A DNA stretch of 64,000 nucleotides, from sequence record SRR20825006_727. One strand, written 5' to 3'. Position numbers and translations under genes: made by a program. Below are positions 9,858 to 19,826 of this stretch, piece after piece. The notes under the pieces are model-generated. The model was not told the origin of the DNA, searched no databases, and saw nothing but the letters and a program-made list of their open reading frames with translations. Within the stretch, counting starts at the first letter, position 1; the number at the start of each line of letters is the position of its first letter.

Positions 9858-10577
9858 ATGATGAAGCTCTTACCTCTTATATTTTTTACCTTTTATTCAT
9901 TAACGCTTCTTTCTCAGCAAGATGGCGTTTATTATGTTTCTAGGGATTTATCCACTTGGAACGAAGTTTCGTTAAAATTAAAAGTGAGTAAAGCTTGGTC
10001 TTTTAGTATTTCTGAACAACTAAGACTGAAGACAAACAGTTCTGAACTTGATCTTTTTTTTACTGAAGTTGGGACGGACTATAAATTCTCTAATGGTTTT
10101 GCTATTGGAGCTGGATATCGCTTTATTGGAGAAAAGACTGGAAGTGGAGATCTCGATTTAGAGCAGCGCTTTCAAGGTGATCTATCGTACGATTTTGGTG
10201 TTAAACGATTCGATTTTTCTCTCCGTTTGAGAGGGCAAACCCGAAACGACATTGGTGAAAATAGATCCGAAGATGGCGATTATGGTAGAAGAGCACTCCG
10301 TCTAAAATTGGAAATTGAATATGATATCAAAAAATGGAAACTTGATCCAATAGCAAGTGTAGAAATTTTCAGAGAAAATGGGAAGTACGTAGCCGCGAGC
10401 TTTAGTAAATTTAGAACAACAATTGGAACAAGTTATAAATTCAAAAAAGCAGGTGAAATTGGAACATTTTACCGCTTTGAAAAAGACCTAAATACACTTT
10501 ACGGTCTCAACAATAACATTGTTGGACTTCACTATAAATTCACGCTAAAAACTTACCAGAATGAGATTAAAAAATAA
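9858..10577 (+). CDS. DUF2490-like outer-membrane beta-barrel protein
   Basis: Signal peptide; EQLRL, EQRF, RLR patterns; overlaps the next gene. Confidence 0.75.
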   Translation: MMKLLPLIFFTFYSLTLLSQQDGVYYVSRDLSTWNEVSLKLKVSKAWSFSISEQLRLKTNSSELDLFFTEVGTDYKFSNGFAIGAGYRFIGEKTGSGDLDLEQRFQGDLSYDFGVKRFDFSLRLRGQTRNDIGENRSEDGDYGRRALRLKLEIEYDIKKWKLDPIASVEIFRENGKYVAASFSKFRTTIGTSYKFKKAGEIGTFYRFEKDLNTLYGLNNNIVGLHYKFTLKTYQNEIKK

Positions 10578-11907
10578 ACACTGGCTCATCAGTTTCACCC
10601 TATTACTTAGTATCTCTTCTTGTCACAAAGAAATATTTATTGCGGCAGGAAATGGATTAGCAGACTGGACATTTATCTCACATTCCGGGTTAGCTCCCGC
10701 GGATTACGGAATCGTTTTTGACCAAACTAAAGTCAATCGAGTGGATTTTGTGATTGATGAAGGTGATTGGAAAATTATGCAAGATAACTTGAAAGACATC
10801 ATCGGTCAATCTTCTGGCGGACCTGGTGGAACCACATTTTCTGAGGAGAGCCCCGTATATGTCAAAACACAGATGTTCTTTAACGGTAAACAATGGTATG
10901 ATGTTGGAATTCGATACAAAGGTAATTCAAGTTTAACAGCGTCAACAGGGAAACTACCCTTTAGACTCAAATTCAATGAGTTTGAAGACGAGAACCTAGC
11001 AATAACAAATCAGAAATTCTACGGGTTTCAAGAAATGTCGCTCAGTAATAATTTCAACGATGCTTCTTTCTTACGGGAAAAAATAACCTGCGATCTATTC
11101 CGAGAAGCGGGCATAAACGCTCCGAAAACAGCATTTTACGAGGTGTATATTGATCACGGAGATGGTTCAATCTATTTTGGACTTTACACCTTCGTAGAGG
11201 TCGTCACAGATAATATGATAAAAGCTCAATTCGGCAGTAACGTAGGGAATATTTACAAACCTGACGGTGATGCTGCTGCCTTTAAAAATGGTACTTTCAA
11301 TACTTCTGAATTAGAAAAAAAGAATAACGAATATACTGACTGGAGTGATCTTGAAAAACTATACACGATCTTAAATTCATCCGAGCGTTTGAACGCTCCT
11401 GAAACATGGAAAGAAAATTTAGAAAGTGTGCTAGATGTTAATCAATTCCTAAAGTGGCTAGCCGTGAATACAACCGTTCAAAACTGGGATACCTATGGAA
11501 CGATGACGCACAATTATTACCTCTATGCAAATCATACGGATGGCAAGTTTAATTGGATTCCATGGGACAATAACGAAGCACTGCAGGATGGGAAAATGGG
11601 AGGTACATTACCTTTTAATTTCAGTACCACCACTAACGGAGAATGGCCGCTCATAGAATACTTGTATGGTCAAGCTGAGTACAAATCAATTTACGACGGA
11701 CACATCACCGATTTCATCTCGAACGTGTTTATCCCAAGTACTATGCAAGCCCGCTACGACACATGGAAAGCTATCATTTCGGAGTCGGTGAATAAAGAAA
11801 TCTCTGGATATACTTTTCTCTCAGGGCCTTCATCATTTGAAAACGCCATAGAGGAATTAAAATCGCACGTTTCATCGAGGTATACTGCTGCAGTTAACTA
11901 CCTTTAA
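10561..11907 (+). CDS. CotH kinase family lipoprotein
   Basis: ISSC lipobox, VGIRYKGNSS, DASFLRE, NWDTY..HNYYLY, WIPWDNN. Confidence 0.88.
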   Translation: MRLKNKHWLISFTLLLSISSCHKEIFIAAGNGLADWTFISHSGLAPADYGIVFDQTKVNRVDFVIDEGDWKIMQDNLKDIIGQSSGGPGGTTFSEESPVYVKTQMFFNGKQWYDVGIRYKGNSSLTASTGKLPFRLKFNEFEDENLAITNQKFYGFQEMSLSNNFNDASFLREKITCDLFREAGINAPKTAFYEVYIDHGDGSIYFGLYTFVEVVTDNMIKAQFGSNVGNIYKPDGDAAAFKNGTFNTSELEKKNNEYTDWSDLEKLYTILNSSERLNAPETWKENLESVLDVNQFLKWLAVNTTVQNWDTYGTMTHNYYLYANHTDGKFNWIPWDNNEALQDGKMGGTLPFNFSTTTNGEWPLIEYLYGQAEYKSIYDGHITDFISNVFIPSTMQARYDTWKAIISESVNKEISGYTFLSGPSSFENAIEELKSHVSSRYTAAVNYL

Positions 11908-12018
11908 TTCTAGCAGGAGATCTTATTATCTTGTTAAAACGCCCCGAATACTCCTATCTTCAATTAAGTTAAGGAGATTACAGTTAAATATTCTAACTTT
12001 AGGCTTCAAGCTAAAATT

Positions 12019-13980
12019 ATGAAAAACTCTCTACTCTTTCTATCGTTCCTCTCTGGAGCGGTACTCACTTTTGGTCAAAATGAAACGCATCCACATTGTT
12101 CAAAGCGCGATGCATTTCATGCCGTAAACAAAAGTGCTTCATTAACCGTTGCACAAATTACAGAAACTGAACGTTATGATGTTCATTACTACGAATTAGA
12201 TGTAACGATGGACAATCTCTCGACCTATGTTGCGGGAACTGGCGAAATTCACGGTTCTGCTCGTGAATCACTTGATTCAGTGCTTTTTGAATTATTTCCA
12301 ACATTTACCATTTCAGAAATTCGTTTAAATGGAAGTCCAATTACGTACTCGCGCGTCGCTTCACGTATCAAAGTTCCTGTAAACCTATCTACTGGACAAT
12401 CATTCGAAATTGCAGTCGATTATGCAGGAACTCCGCCAACAGCAGCAACCAATCCATTAGGAGGAGCGGGAATGACGAATGCAACATCTCCTTCTTGGGG
12501 AGCGCAAGTTACTTGGTCGCTTTCAGAGCCGTTTTCTGCGTACGAATGGTGGCCGTGTAAGCAATCGCTTCGAGACAAAGCAGACAGCGTAGCCGTTAAA
12601 GTAACCGTTCCAAATAACTGTAAAGCAGGTTCAAATGGACTCTTAGAAAATGTCGTTGATCTTGGAAACGGATCTTCGCGCTACGAATGGAAACACCGTC
12701 ATGCGATCGATTATTATCTTATTTCTGTGGCTATCGCGGAATATGTTGAGTATAACGTGATTGCTAATCCAGTTGGAGCACCGAACCCAATTTTAATTCA
12801 GAATTTTATTTACGCGAATCCATCAACACTTCCTTATTTTCAATCAGATATTGATGAAACAGCCGACTTTATTGAATTATTCAGCGATTTATTTGGAATG
12901 TACCCATTTGCAGACGAAAAATATGGACACTGCATGGCACCACTTTCAGGTGGAATGGAGCACCAAACGATGACAACTCAAGGCTTTTTTAACAAAGGAC
13001 TTACATCCCACGAATTAGGTCACCAGTGGTGGGGCGATCATATTACATGCGCATCTTGGGCTGATATCTGGGTGAATGAAGGATTTGCGTCTTATTCAGA
13101 ATACTTAATGTTAGAGGATCTTTATCCAGCTGAAACGAACATGGATATGCTAGACCGTCATTCAAATATAATGTCGAACAATGGCGGAAGTACTTGGGTA
13201 GAAGACAGCTTAAACGACAATCGTATTTTCAGTGGTCGATTGACGTATGATAAAGGTGCAGCGATTATTCATACATTCCGTTATATGATGAACAACGACG
13301 CAAACTTCTTTCAAGCCTTGAAAAACATTCAAACAATTTATGCCGACAGCACACTCATTGGATTGGATATTCGTGACGAGTTTCAGGCTCAATCAGGCGT
13401 AGATTTCACCAATGCGTTCAATGAATGGTATTTCGGAGAAGGTTTTCCGATATATTCTGCACGCTGGAACACCGTTGGAACCGACTTATTGCTTGAAATC
13501 ACGCATACGACTTCAAGTACAACCCCAACCTTCACAAATCCTTTGGACATTCGTTTCATGCGATCAGGAGCAGTTGACACAACCATTCGCGTTGACATCA
13601 CTGGAAATTTGAATCAATTCTTAATTCCAAATATGGGGAATGCGTCAGTGCTTTCTAAAATTGATCCAGACAACTGGATTATTAATGATCAAGGAACAAT
13701 TACGAAAGATCCTGCATTTGTCGCTTCAGTGAACGAAATTACTGTAGAACAAGCCTATACAATTTTCCCAAATCCTTCGAATGGAATCTTCACAATAGAA
13801 GCAAATACCGAAGGAAACCACGCATATCGCATTGTTGATACACGTGGAAGACTCATCGAATCTGGGAACTTTGCAACAGCCGTTCCTATTAACTTAAGTA
13901 GTAAAAATGACGGTTACTATCTCCTTCAACTATCGAATGGAAATGGTCAAAAATGGGTAAAAACGATTCTTAAACAGTAA
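12019..13980 (+). CDS. M1 family aminopeptidase with T9SS C-terminal domain
   Basis: GGMEHQ, HELGHQWWGD..WVNEGFASY, YDKGA; C-terminal IFPNPS...GYYLL. Confidence 0.92.
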   Translation: MKNSLLFLSFLSGAVLTFGQNETHPHCSKRDAFHAVNKSASLTVAQITETERYDVHYYELDVTMDNLSTYVAGTGEIHGSARESLDSVLFELFPTFTISEIRLNGSPITYSRVASRIKVPVNLSTGQSFEIAVDYAGTPPTAATNPLGGAGMTNATSPSWGAQVTWSLSEPFSAYEWWPCKQSLRDKADSVAVKVTVPNNCKAGSNGLLENVVDLGNGSSRYEWKHRHAIDYYLISVAIAEYVEYNVIANPVGAPNPILIQNFIYANPSTLPYFQSDIDETADFIELFSDLFGMYPFADEKYGHCMAPLSGGMEHQTMTTQGFFNKGLTSHELGHQWWGDHITCASWADIWVNEGFASYSEYLMLEDLYPAETNMDMLDRHSNIMSNNGGSTWVEDSLNDNRIFSGRLTYDKGAAIIHTFRYMMNNDANFFQALKNIQTIYADSTLIGLDIRDEFQAQSGVDFTNAFNEWYFGEGFPIYSARWNTVGTDLLLEITHTTSSTTPTFTNPLDIRFMRSGAVDTTIRVDITGNLNQFLIPNMGNASVLSKIDPDNWIINDQGTITKDPAFVASVNEITVEQAYTIFPNPSNGIFTIEANTEGNHAYRIVDTRGRLIESGNFATAVPINLSSKNDGYYLLQLSNGNGQKWVKTILKQ

Positions 13981-14356
13981 CAGTCGCATTAAAGGGCGAG
14001 TTTAGTTTTAAGATATCATTGGAGGAATTGCAAATAATTGCTTTACCTCGATACATGGCAATCGGTGCCTTAAGTAATTCAGGATGGTGCATAATCATTG
14101 TGTACCATCCGTAGTTGCTTAGTTCCTTCCCGCGGAGCTCCTTCTGATAAAACGGTTGTGATTTGTCTATCATTAGTTTAGGATCTCCCCCGAGTTTATC
14201 AACAAGCATGTAAAATAGCGTTTCAGAAACCCGAACAGTTCGGATGTCTTGTCTATTTATTTTTCGGGAGACAACGTGCGCCGTTGCAAGCGTTTTGCGA
14301 TCTAGCTCCCGCTGTTTATCGTACAGGAGCGTGATTTCATTTTCTTTGTAGTACAT
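13970..14356 (-). CDS. ArsC/Spx-like thioredoxin-fold protein
   Basis: C-terminal HPELLKAPIA resembles ArsC/Spx P-LI-RPI; start placed at MYYKENE. Confidence 0.6.
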   Translation of the reverse strand: MYYKENEITLLYDKQRELDRKTLATAHVVSRKINRQDIRTVRVSETLFYMLVDKLGGDPKLMIDKSQPFYQKELRGKELSNYGWYTMIMHHPELLKAPIAMYRGKAIICNSSNDILKLNSPFNATVTV

Positions 14357-14562
14357 GACGGAAGTTTTTAGTTTAAATATTAATTTACTGAAAAACAGCG
14401 ACATATAAAAATAATTCGTTAAGAAAAATCGATTTAGCACTAAAATATGTTATTCCATTTGTTAAAATAGCGGGAAGCCAAACGTAAACCAATTGAAATT
14501 TCTATCTTTTAATTTTTCAGAGGAATAGCCACTGACTTTTTGTTAAACTAAAGTATTTACAG

Positions 14563-15615
14563 ATGAATTTAACGAATAACGTATCCCGCATAAAACGCTC
14601 AATTTCAGAACTTGACCACGTCATTTCAGAACTCCGAGAATTAAAAAGTGCGTTCATTACCACAAAAGATGTTCCTTACCAATTTCACACCGCAATCGAT
14701 AACTTTGACGACTACGATCATTTAGAGCATTATTTTCCCATTGATCCATCAGCTCAAGTTCGGTTTAAAATTGGTCAATCAGAACCGTTACATTCTCTAA
14801 TACTGGGAAAGAACTTCGAAAAAATTTGTCTTTTCAATCAAAAAAATGGCGACTCAAACCGCTACCTCCATTATCAGATGGAAATCCAAAAAGATCAAGA
14901 ACGCTGTACGCTGCGGATTGGACTTTCCTGCCAAAAATTACGGCAAAAATCAAAAGACGATTTCATTCAACTCATCACTCATTTGGTTCGGCAAAAATTA
15001 CTCGTTATGACCCGACTGGAGATTGAAGATTTCGCAAACTGCATTATGGAGATTAATTCCGATGCTTTTTCTGGAATTTCGGCTTTCAAAGATCAATTCG
15101 AAGTGCTTACCGTTCCCGATTTCAAGCCCGTTGGCGGAATTCACTTTGTTCCTTCAATCATAACTCTCGATTTCTCACAAGACCATGCTAAGTTATTTGG
15201 AGGATTTGAGAAAATGGCAGTAGCGTTCTTATCTGCAATGGACACTTTCTTTGCCGATCAAGAGTATGTTGTTAAAGGCACAATTATCTGCGGAAATTGC
15301 TCAAAAATCTCCGAAGAAATTAAATCTATTCCCTACCAAACGGTAAGAATTCCCGTAAGCTTAACGTTAACGGATGAACATTTAGTTTCGCTAGGAAAAT
15401 CCTGGTCTAACATCAATGGAAAACGCAAGCGCATTGAAATTCGAAATTTTGCATGGAAAAATAGTAAGTCTACCTATACCGAAAATAGAATTACAATTAC
15501 ACCATTGGACGATGAAGCAGCCGTAGAAATAACCACTGAGTTTGACATCCGTGTAACCAACAAAGTTTTCAATGAAATCCACTCTACGCTTGTGCATGAA
15601 GGTGTGAGTTGTTGA
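14563..15615 (+). CDS. Hypothetical protein
   Basis: 350-aa ORF, no recognisable motif or signal peptide. Confidence 0.7.
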   Translation: MNLTNNVSRIKRSISELDHVISELRELKSAFITTKDVPYQFHTAIDNFDDYDHLEHYFPIDPSAQVRFKIGQSEPLHSLILGKNFEKICLFNQKNGDSNRYLHYQMEIQKDQERCTLRIGLSCQKLRQKSKDDFIQLITHLVRQKLLVMTRLEIEDFANCIMEINSDAFSGISAFKDQFEVLTVPDFKPVGGIHFVPSIITLDFSQDHAKLFGGFEKMAVAFLSAMDTFFADQEYVVKGTIICGNCSKISEEIKSIPYQTVRIPVSLTLTDEHLVSLGKSWSNINGKRKRIEIRNFAWKNSKSTYTENRITITPLDDEAAVEITTEFDIRVTNKVFNEIHSTLVHEGVSC

Positions 15616-15632
15616 TCTTTCAGAAGTTCGGA

Positions 15633-15694
15633 TTTCCGCATTAATAAAACCGTATTTTCCGAATTAACAATCTCGCCTTTTTTCTCTAGTTTAG
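15633..15694 (+). promoter_or_regulatory. Direct-repeat operator candidate and -7-like element upstream of the hydrolase-caspase operon
   Basis: TTTCCGCATTAATAA (15633-15647) and TTTCCGAATTAACAA (15656-15670); TAGTTTAG at 15687-15694. Confidence 0.4.
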
Positions 15695-15753
15695 TTTCTT
15701 ATCGTGAAGCACCTAACCATTTGTATTCTTGGTGTGATTTAAAGAAAATAACC

Positions 15754-17181
15754 ATGGAACTTAAAGATTTTGTAGTAAATATTGGTCCACAAGGAACATT
15801 TAAACCTTCAGGAAAGTATAACACCACTCCTTCGCATGTTGATGCGCTATTTGAAAGATATCATCAAGAGAATATCAAAAAAATTACGTTCTACTTTCAC
15901 GGTGGATTGGTAAATGAAAAAAGCGGGATGGAAACCGCCGTCGCTATGGAAAAAGTACTTTCAAGCGTTGGACAAACTCCCGTCTGTTTTGTGTGGGAAA
16001 CTGGATTATTTGAAACCGTTTCAACCAACATAGGTAAGATTTCAGAGACAAAACTATTCGAAAAACTTATTAAAATACTTACGAAAAAGCTCGCTTCAAA
16101 ACTAGGTTTTGCAGAGGCTGTTGGACGAGGTGCAGACGGAACATTATCCGAAGAAGAAATCGACAGTGAACTCATGCGAGAAGTTCCGTTCGAAAACTAT
16201 ACACTTGGCACGCTAGAAGCTTCGGGAAGAGGAATTAACCCAACAGATCACTTACCTAGCTCACCAGACGACCTCGAGGTAGAATTTATGTTCGAAGTAG
16301 AGAGTGACTTGGAACTAATGATGATTTTTCAAGATTCTGAACAAGCTGAATCACCCGATCCTGGAGCCCGTGGAATTTTCAGTTCTGCCGCATTGATAAA
16401 ACACCTAGCAAAAATCGCTTATCGGGTAATCAAGCGATTTATTGCTAAACGAGATCATGATTTCTACCCAACCGTTATTGAAGAATTGCTCAGAGAATTG
16501 TACATCGCGGATTTAGGAGCTTGGGTCTGGAATAATATGAAGGTTAAATCCGAAGAAATGTGGCAATCGAACACTGGAATCTTTGGAAAACATCAGCACG
16601 CAGGTCGTTATTTCTTGGATAGATTGATTGTTTTTCATCAAAAAAATCCAGAAGTCGAAATCAATTTAGTGGGACATAGCGCAGGATCCATTGCCATTTG
16701 CAATTTACTTAAAGCGAGTGCACAGCTGTCTCCATCGCTTAAATACAATTCAATTATTCTCATGGCACCTGCATGTAGAATTGACCTTTTTAAAAGTGAA
16801 GTAGTTGATCATCCTGAGCGTTTTAATTCTTTCAGAATGTTCACAATGACTGACGAAAATGAAAAGAAAGATAGACTTCTGCCTTACGTTTACACTCATT
16901 CTCTGCTGTATTTAGTTTCTGGAATTCTAGAAAATGAAGGAAACGACTTCGATGCGCAAATTCTCGGTTTAGAACGTCACATCGATCCTGATCAACAATA
17001 TCAATCGATTCCAGAAGTTATGGCGACGCATAAATTTCTTTTCGGAGAAGGTCAACAAAGAGTCGTGTTCTCGCTAAGTGAAGCTAATGCTGCGGATGGA
17101 TTAAAAACACATTCGCTCGCTCATGGCGACTTTGATGACGACGAAGAAACAATTAAAAGTATTCAATTCATGTTGAAATAG
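15754..17181 (+). CDS. Alpha/beta-hydrolase (lipase/esterase-like, DUF900-like) with large acidic insertion
   Basis: FYFHGGLV oxyanion region, LVGHSAGS nucleophile elbow, ILMAPA, C-terminal AHGDFDDD; no signal peptide; start MELKDF. Confidence 0.8.
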   Translation: MELKDFVVNIGPQGTFKPSGKYNTTPSHVDALFERYHQENIKKITFYFHGGLVNEKSGMETAVAMEKVLSSVGQTPVCFVWETGLFETVSTNIGKISETKLFEKLIKILTKKLASKLGFAEAVGRGADGTLSEEEIDSELMREVPFENYTLGTLEASGRGINPTDHLPSSPDDLEVEFMFEVESDLELMMIFQDSEQAESPDPGARGIFSSAALIKHLAKIAYRVIKRFIAKRDHDFYPTVIEELLRELYIADLGAWVWNNMKVKSEEMWQSNTGIFGKHQHAGRYFLDRLIVFHQKNPEVEINLVGHSAGSIAICNLLKASAQLSPSLKYNSIILMAPACRIDLFKSEVVDHPERFNSFRMFTMTDENEKKDRLLPYVYTHSLLYLVSGILENEGNDFDAQILGLERHIDPDQQYQSIPEVMATHKFLFGEGQQRVVFSLSEANAADGLKTHSLAHGDFDDDEETIKSIQFMLK

Positions 17182-17182
17182 T

Positions 17183-18196
17183 ATGATGGAAGATTTCGCA
17201 ATCGTAATAGGGATTAACGATTATATCCCGCCCAATGAATTTGGCTTGCGCACATTAAAAGGCGCAGTAAATGATGCCAATGCTTTTGCCGAATGGCTGA
17301 CCGATCCGTCTGGGGGAAATCTTCCTGAAGGAAACGTTCAAAAAATCATTTCCTCTCCTACTCCATTAAAACCATTTCAAGATGAAATTGATGATGGTTT
17401 TCTGGCCATTGAATCCGATGTGATCCAAAAAGGAGGAGCCGCTCGCCGACTCTATTTTTATTTTGCGGGGCATGGCTTAGGAACCTTGGAAAGCGCCATT
17501 GACACTGGGCTTTGTCTTGCCAACTGGACTGAAAAACGACGCGATTCGGCACTTTCCTCTGAATCCTATAAAGACCGGATCAAGCAGTACGGATATTTTG
17601 AAGAGATTCTGTTTATGGTCGACTGCTGCAGAAATACCAAAATTAACATTACTCCTCAAGGCCCTAAATTTTCCAGCATCACACCTGGAAGAAACTCTGG
17701 AAAGACAAAGCTATTTATGGCATACGCTACTCAATATCAAGATCAGTCCTACGAAGTAGAGTCCAACGGATCTGAAATGAGAGGAGCTTTCACGACAGCA
17801 CTGATTGACGCTTTGAATGGCGCGGCAGGAAAAAATGGACAACTTACACCGAATGATTTAAAGGATTATTTGTTCATCGAAACGCCTAAAATCGCTCAAA
17901 AAAATGGCTACAAGCAGATTCCTGAAATCTCGCATACATATCCCAATGACACGCTGCTTTTTACTTTCGAGAATAACGACACAAACGTCACCATTACATT
18001 CCTAGAAAGTCGTGAAAATCCCATCGAGTTGTACGACGGAAGTTACTCTCTGATTCAAACAATCGATCCAAAGGCGAATAGAACCAACGAATTACAGTTG
18101 GAAACAGGTTTGTATTTGTTAAAAGATACGGTCACAAGCGAGTTATTGCCATTCCAAGTTTCACCCACTCAAAGCACACACAATGTCACCTTCTGA
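17183..18196 (+). CDS. Caspase-like (peptidase C14) protease with C-terminal beta-sandwich domain
   Basis: AIVIGINDY...LKGAVNDA, YFAGHG (His), VDCCR (Cys), GAFTTALIDALNG, Q.P. Confidence 0.92.
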   Translation: MMEDFAIVIGINDYIPPNEFGLRTLKGAVNDANAFAEWLTDPSGGNLPEGNVQKIISSPTPLKPFQDEIDDGFLAIESDVIQKGGAARRLYFYFAGHGLGTLESAIDTGLCLANWTEKRRDSALSSESYKDRIKQYGYFEEILFMVDCCRNTKINITPQGPKFSSITPGRNSGKTKLFMAYATQYQDQSYEVESNGSEMRGAFTTALIDALNGAAGKNGQLTPNDLKDYLFIETPKIAQKNGYKQIPEISHTYPNDTLLFTFENNDTNVTITFLESRENPIELYDGSYSLIQTIDPKANRTNELQLETGLYLLKDTVTSELLPFQVSPTQSTHNVTF

Positions 18197-19796
18197 ATTG
18201 CTCCAAAAACACCTCATTTCCGTTCGAGTGGATGAAGAATTTATCCATTTGGTCAAACTATTTCTAATTGATTCAAAAAACAGAATGGTTCTGGCAAACT
18301 TTTCTTCTAACGAAAAATACGAATTTGAAGTAGACAAAGGTCTTTATACTTTTCGAATTGAAATTAGTGGAGAAATTAAGGATGAAATTATTGTGATTGA
18401 TGCATCAAAAAACATCCGAATCTCCAGTGAATATTCGGAAGAATCTGATACATTAATCATTCATCCACCGATGCAATATTCTTCGGCGCCTCTCAGTGGA
18501 ACGCATTCAAAAACATACAATTCTTCGCACGAATATTATACCTATCCAGCGATTGAAATTAGCAAAACAGATACTTTTTCATTAGAAAGTGAATCATCTG
18601 AAGACAGTAATTCCTCACTGTTTATATTTATTCGTTTTCCATCAGTAGAAAAATATCACGATCTAAAATCGCATTGGGAAAAACCGTTTTACGCAGATTT
18701 TGAACTTGTGGATGAATACGGTGAACAACTTGTTGATTTTAACACAAAAAACGGAGTCATTATCGATGAGCAATTTGGCTCTGTTGGCTTTAGCGCGAAA
18801 CTTCCGAACGGTATTTATTACTTGATTTATCGCGGCGATGACGCACGACAAATTCCGATTTACGTTTTCAAGAATTGGCATACGCAGTTCTTTCTAACGC
18901 TCGGCACGAAACCTCTTTTTGGAACAATTCGCATTTTTGTTTCTAATTCCCGTGCATTCAATCCAACGGAAAAAACTAACAAATACATCGATGTTCTCTT
19001 GGATAAACTCCAAAATAGAGATTACTCAATTGATCAACAATTGATTAACATTGCCGCAAGTGGTAAGTTTCAATCTCCCATGCTTGGACTCATTTGTTCG
19101 TACATTTATCTAAAAAGTAAAGAGACGAAAAGCGATCAATTGTTCTCTGTGATCACTAGGAACATGAGCAACTTAATCCTTCGCGAGAACGATGAGTCTC
19201 CTGATCTTTTTGCGCTCAAACTAATAGCTGCCGAACATTTCAATCGAGATTCAGCCGATGTCGATCTTTCAACTAAGCTCATTGGAACGCCCATGTTCCG
19301 TGTAGGATTTGAAGCTATTCAAAGAGCATCCGTATTTGATCCCAACTTAATTGATGAACGCGGAATTAATGACTTTATCACAGAATCGCTTTACTACGAT
19401 TCGCCGTTCAATACTTTTAAACCGATTCCTTTCTACAAAGCAACAAAACCATTGAGCGATTGGAATATTAAGTCTAGCATAGATGAATTGCCCAGGCTTG
19501 AAGAGATTCCAAAAGTCATGACGTTTCTTGATGCAAAAGATGCCTTTCTGGAAGAAAACGAAGAATCGTATATTTCGGATAAATTTGCCGTGAAGGTCAG
19601 TGCACTTTTTGATAACAATACACTGAAGCGCATTCGAGAATCTTCAGAAAACGTAAAAGCTGATGACTCTTGGGTAAAGTCTGCGATTGCCGATATTATT
19701 GTGGAAAATGATCAATTAACCATCAACGAAATTGCTGAAGACATTGGCGTTTCAGGAAACACGGTGACAAGGATCATTTCGAGCTGGAAGGAATAA
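18183..19796 (+). CDS. Hypothetical protein with beta-sandwich repeats and a C-terminal HTH
   Basis: 14-nt overlap with the caspase gene; C-terminal LTINEIAEDIGVSGNTVTRII. Confidence 0.75.
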   Translation: MSPSELLQKHLISVRVDEEFIHLVKLFLIDSKNRMVLANFSSNEKYEFEVDKGLYTFRIEISGEIKDEIIVIDASKNIRISSEYSEESDTLIIHPPMQYSSAPLSGTHSKTYNSSHEYYTYPAIEISKTDTFSLESESSEDSNSSLFIFIRFPSVEKYHDLKSHWEKPFYADFELVDEYGEQLVDFNTKNGVIIDEQFGSVGFSAKLPNGIYYLIYRGDDARQIPIYVFKNWHTQFFLTLGTKPLFGTIRIFVSNSRAFNPTEKTNKYIDVLLDKLQNRDYSIDQQLINIAASGKFQSPMLGLICSYIYLKSKETKSDQLFSVITRNMSNLILRENDESPDLFALKLIAAEHFNRDSADVDLSTKLIGTPMFRVGFEAIQRASVFDPNLIDERGINDFITESLYYDSPFNTFKPIPFYKATKPLSDWNIKSSIDELPRLEEIPKVMTFLDAKDAFLEENEESYISDKFAVKVSALFDNNTLKRIRESSENVKADDSWVKSAIADIIVENDQLTINEIAEDIGVSGNTVTRIISSWKE

Positions 19797-19826
19797 GGAA
19801 TTCAGTTGTTAGATGGCTTATTAGAT

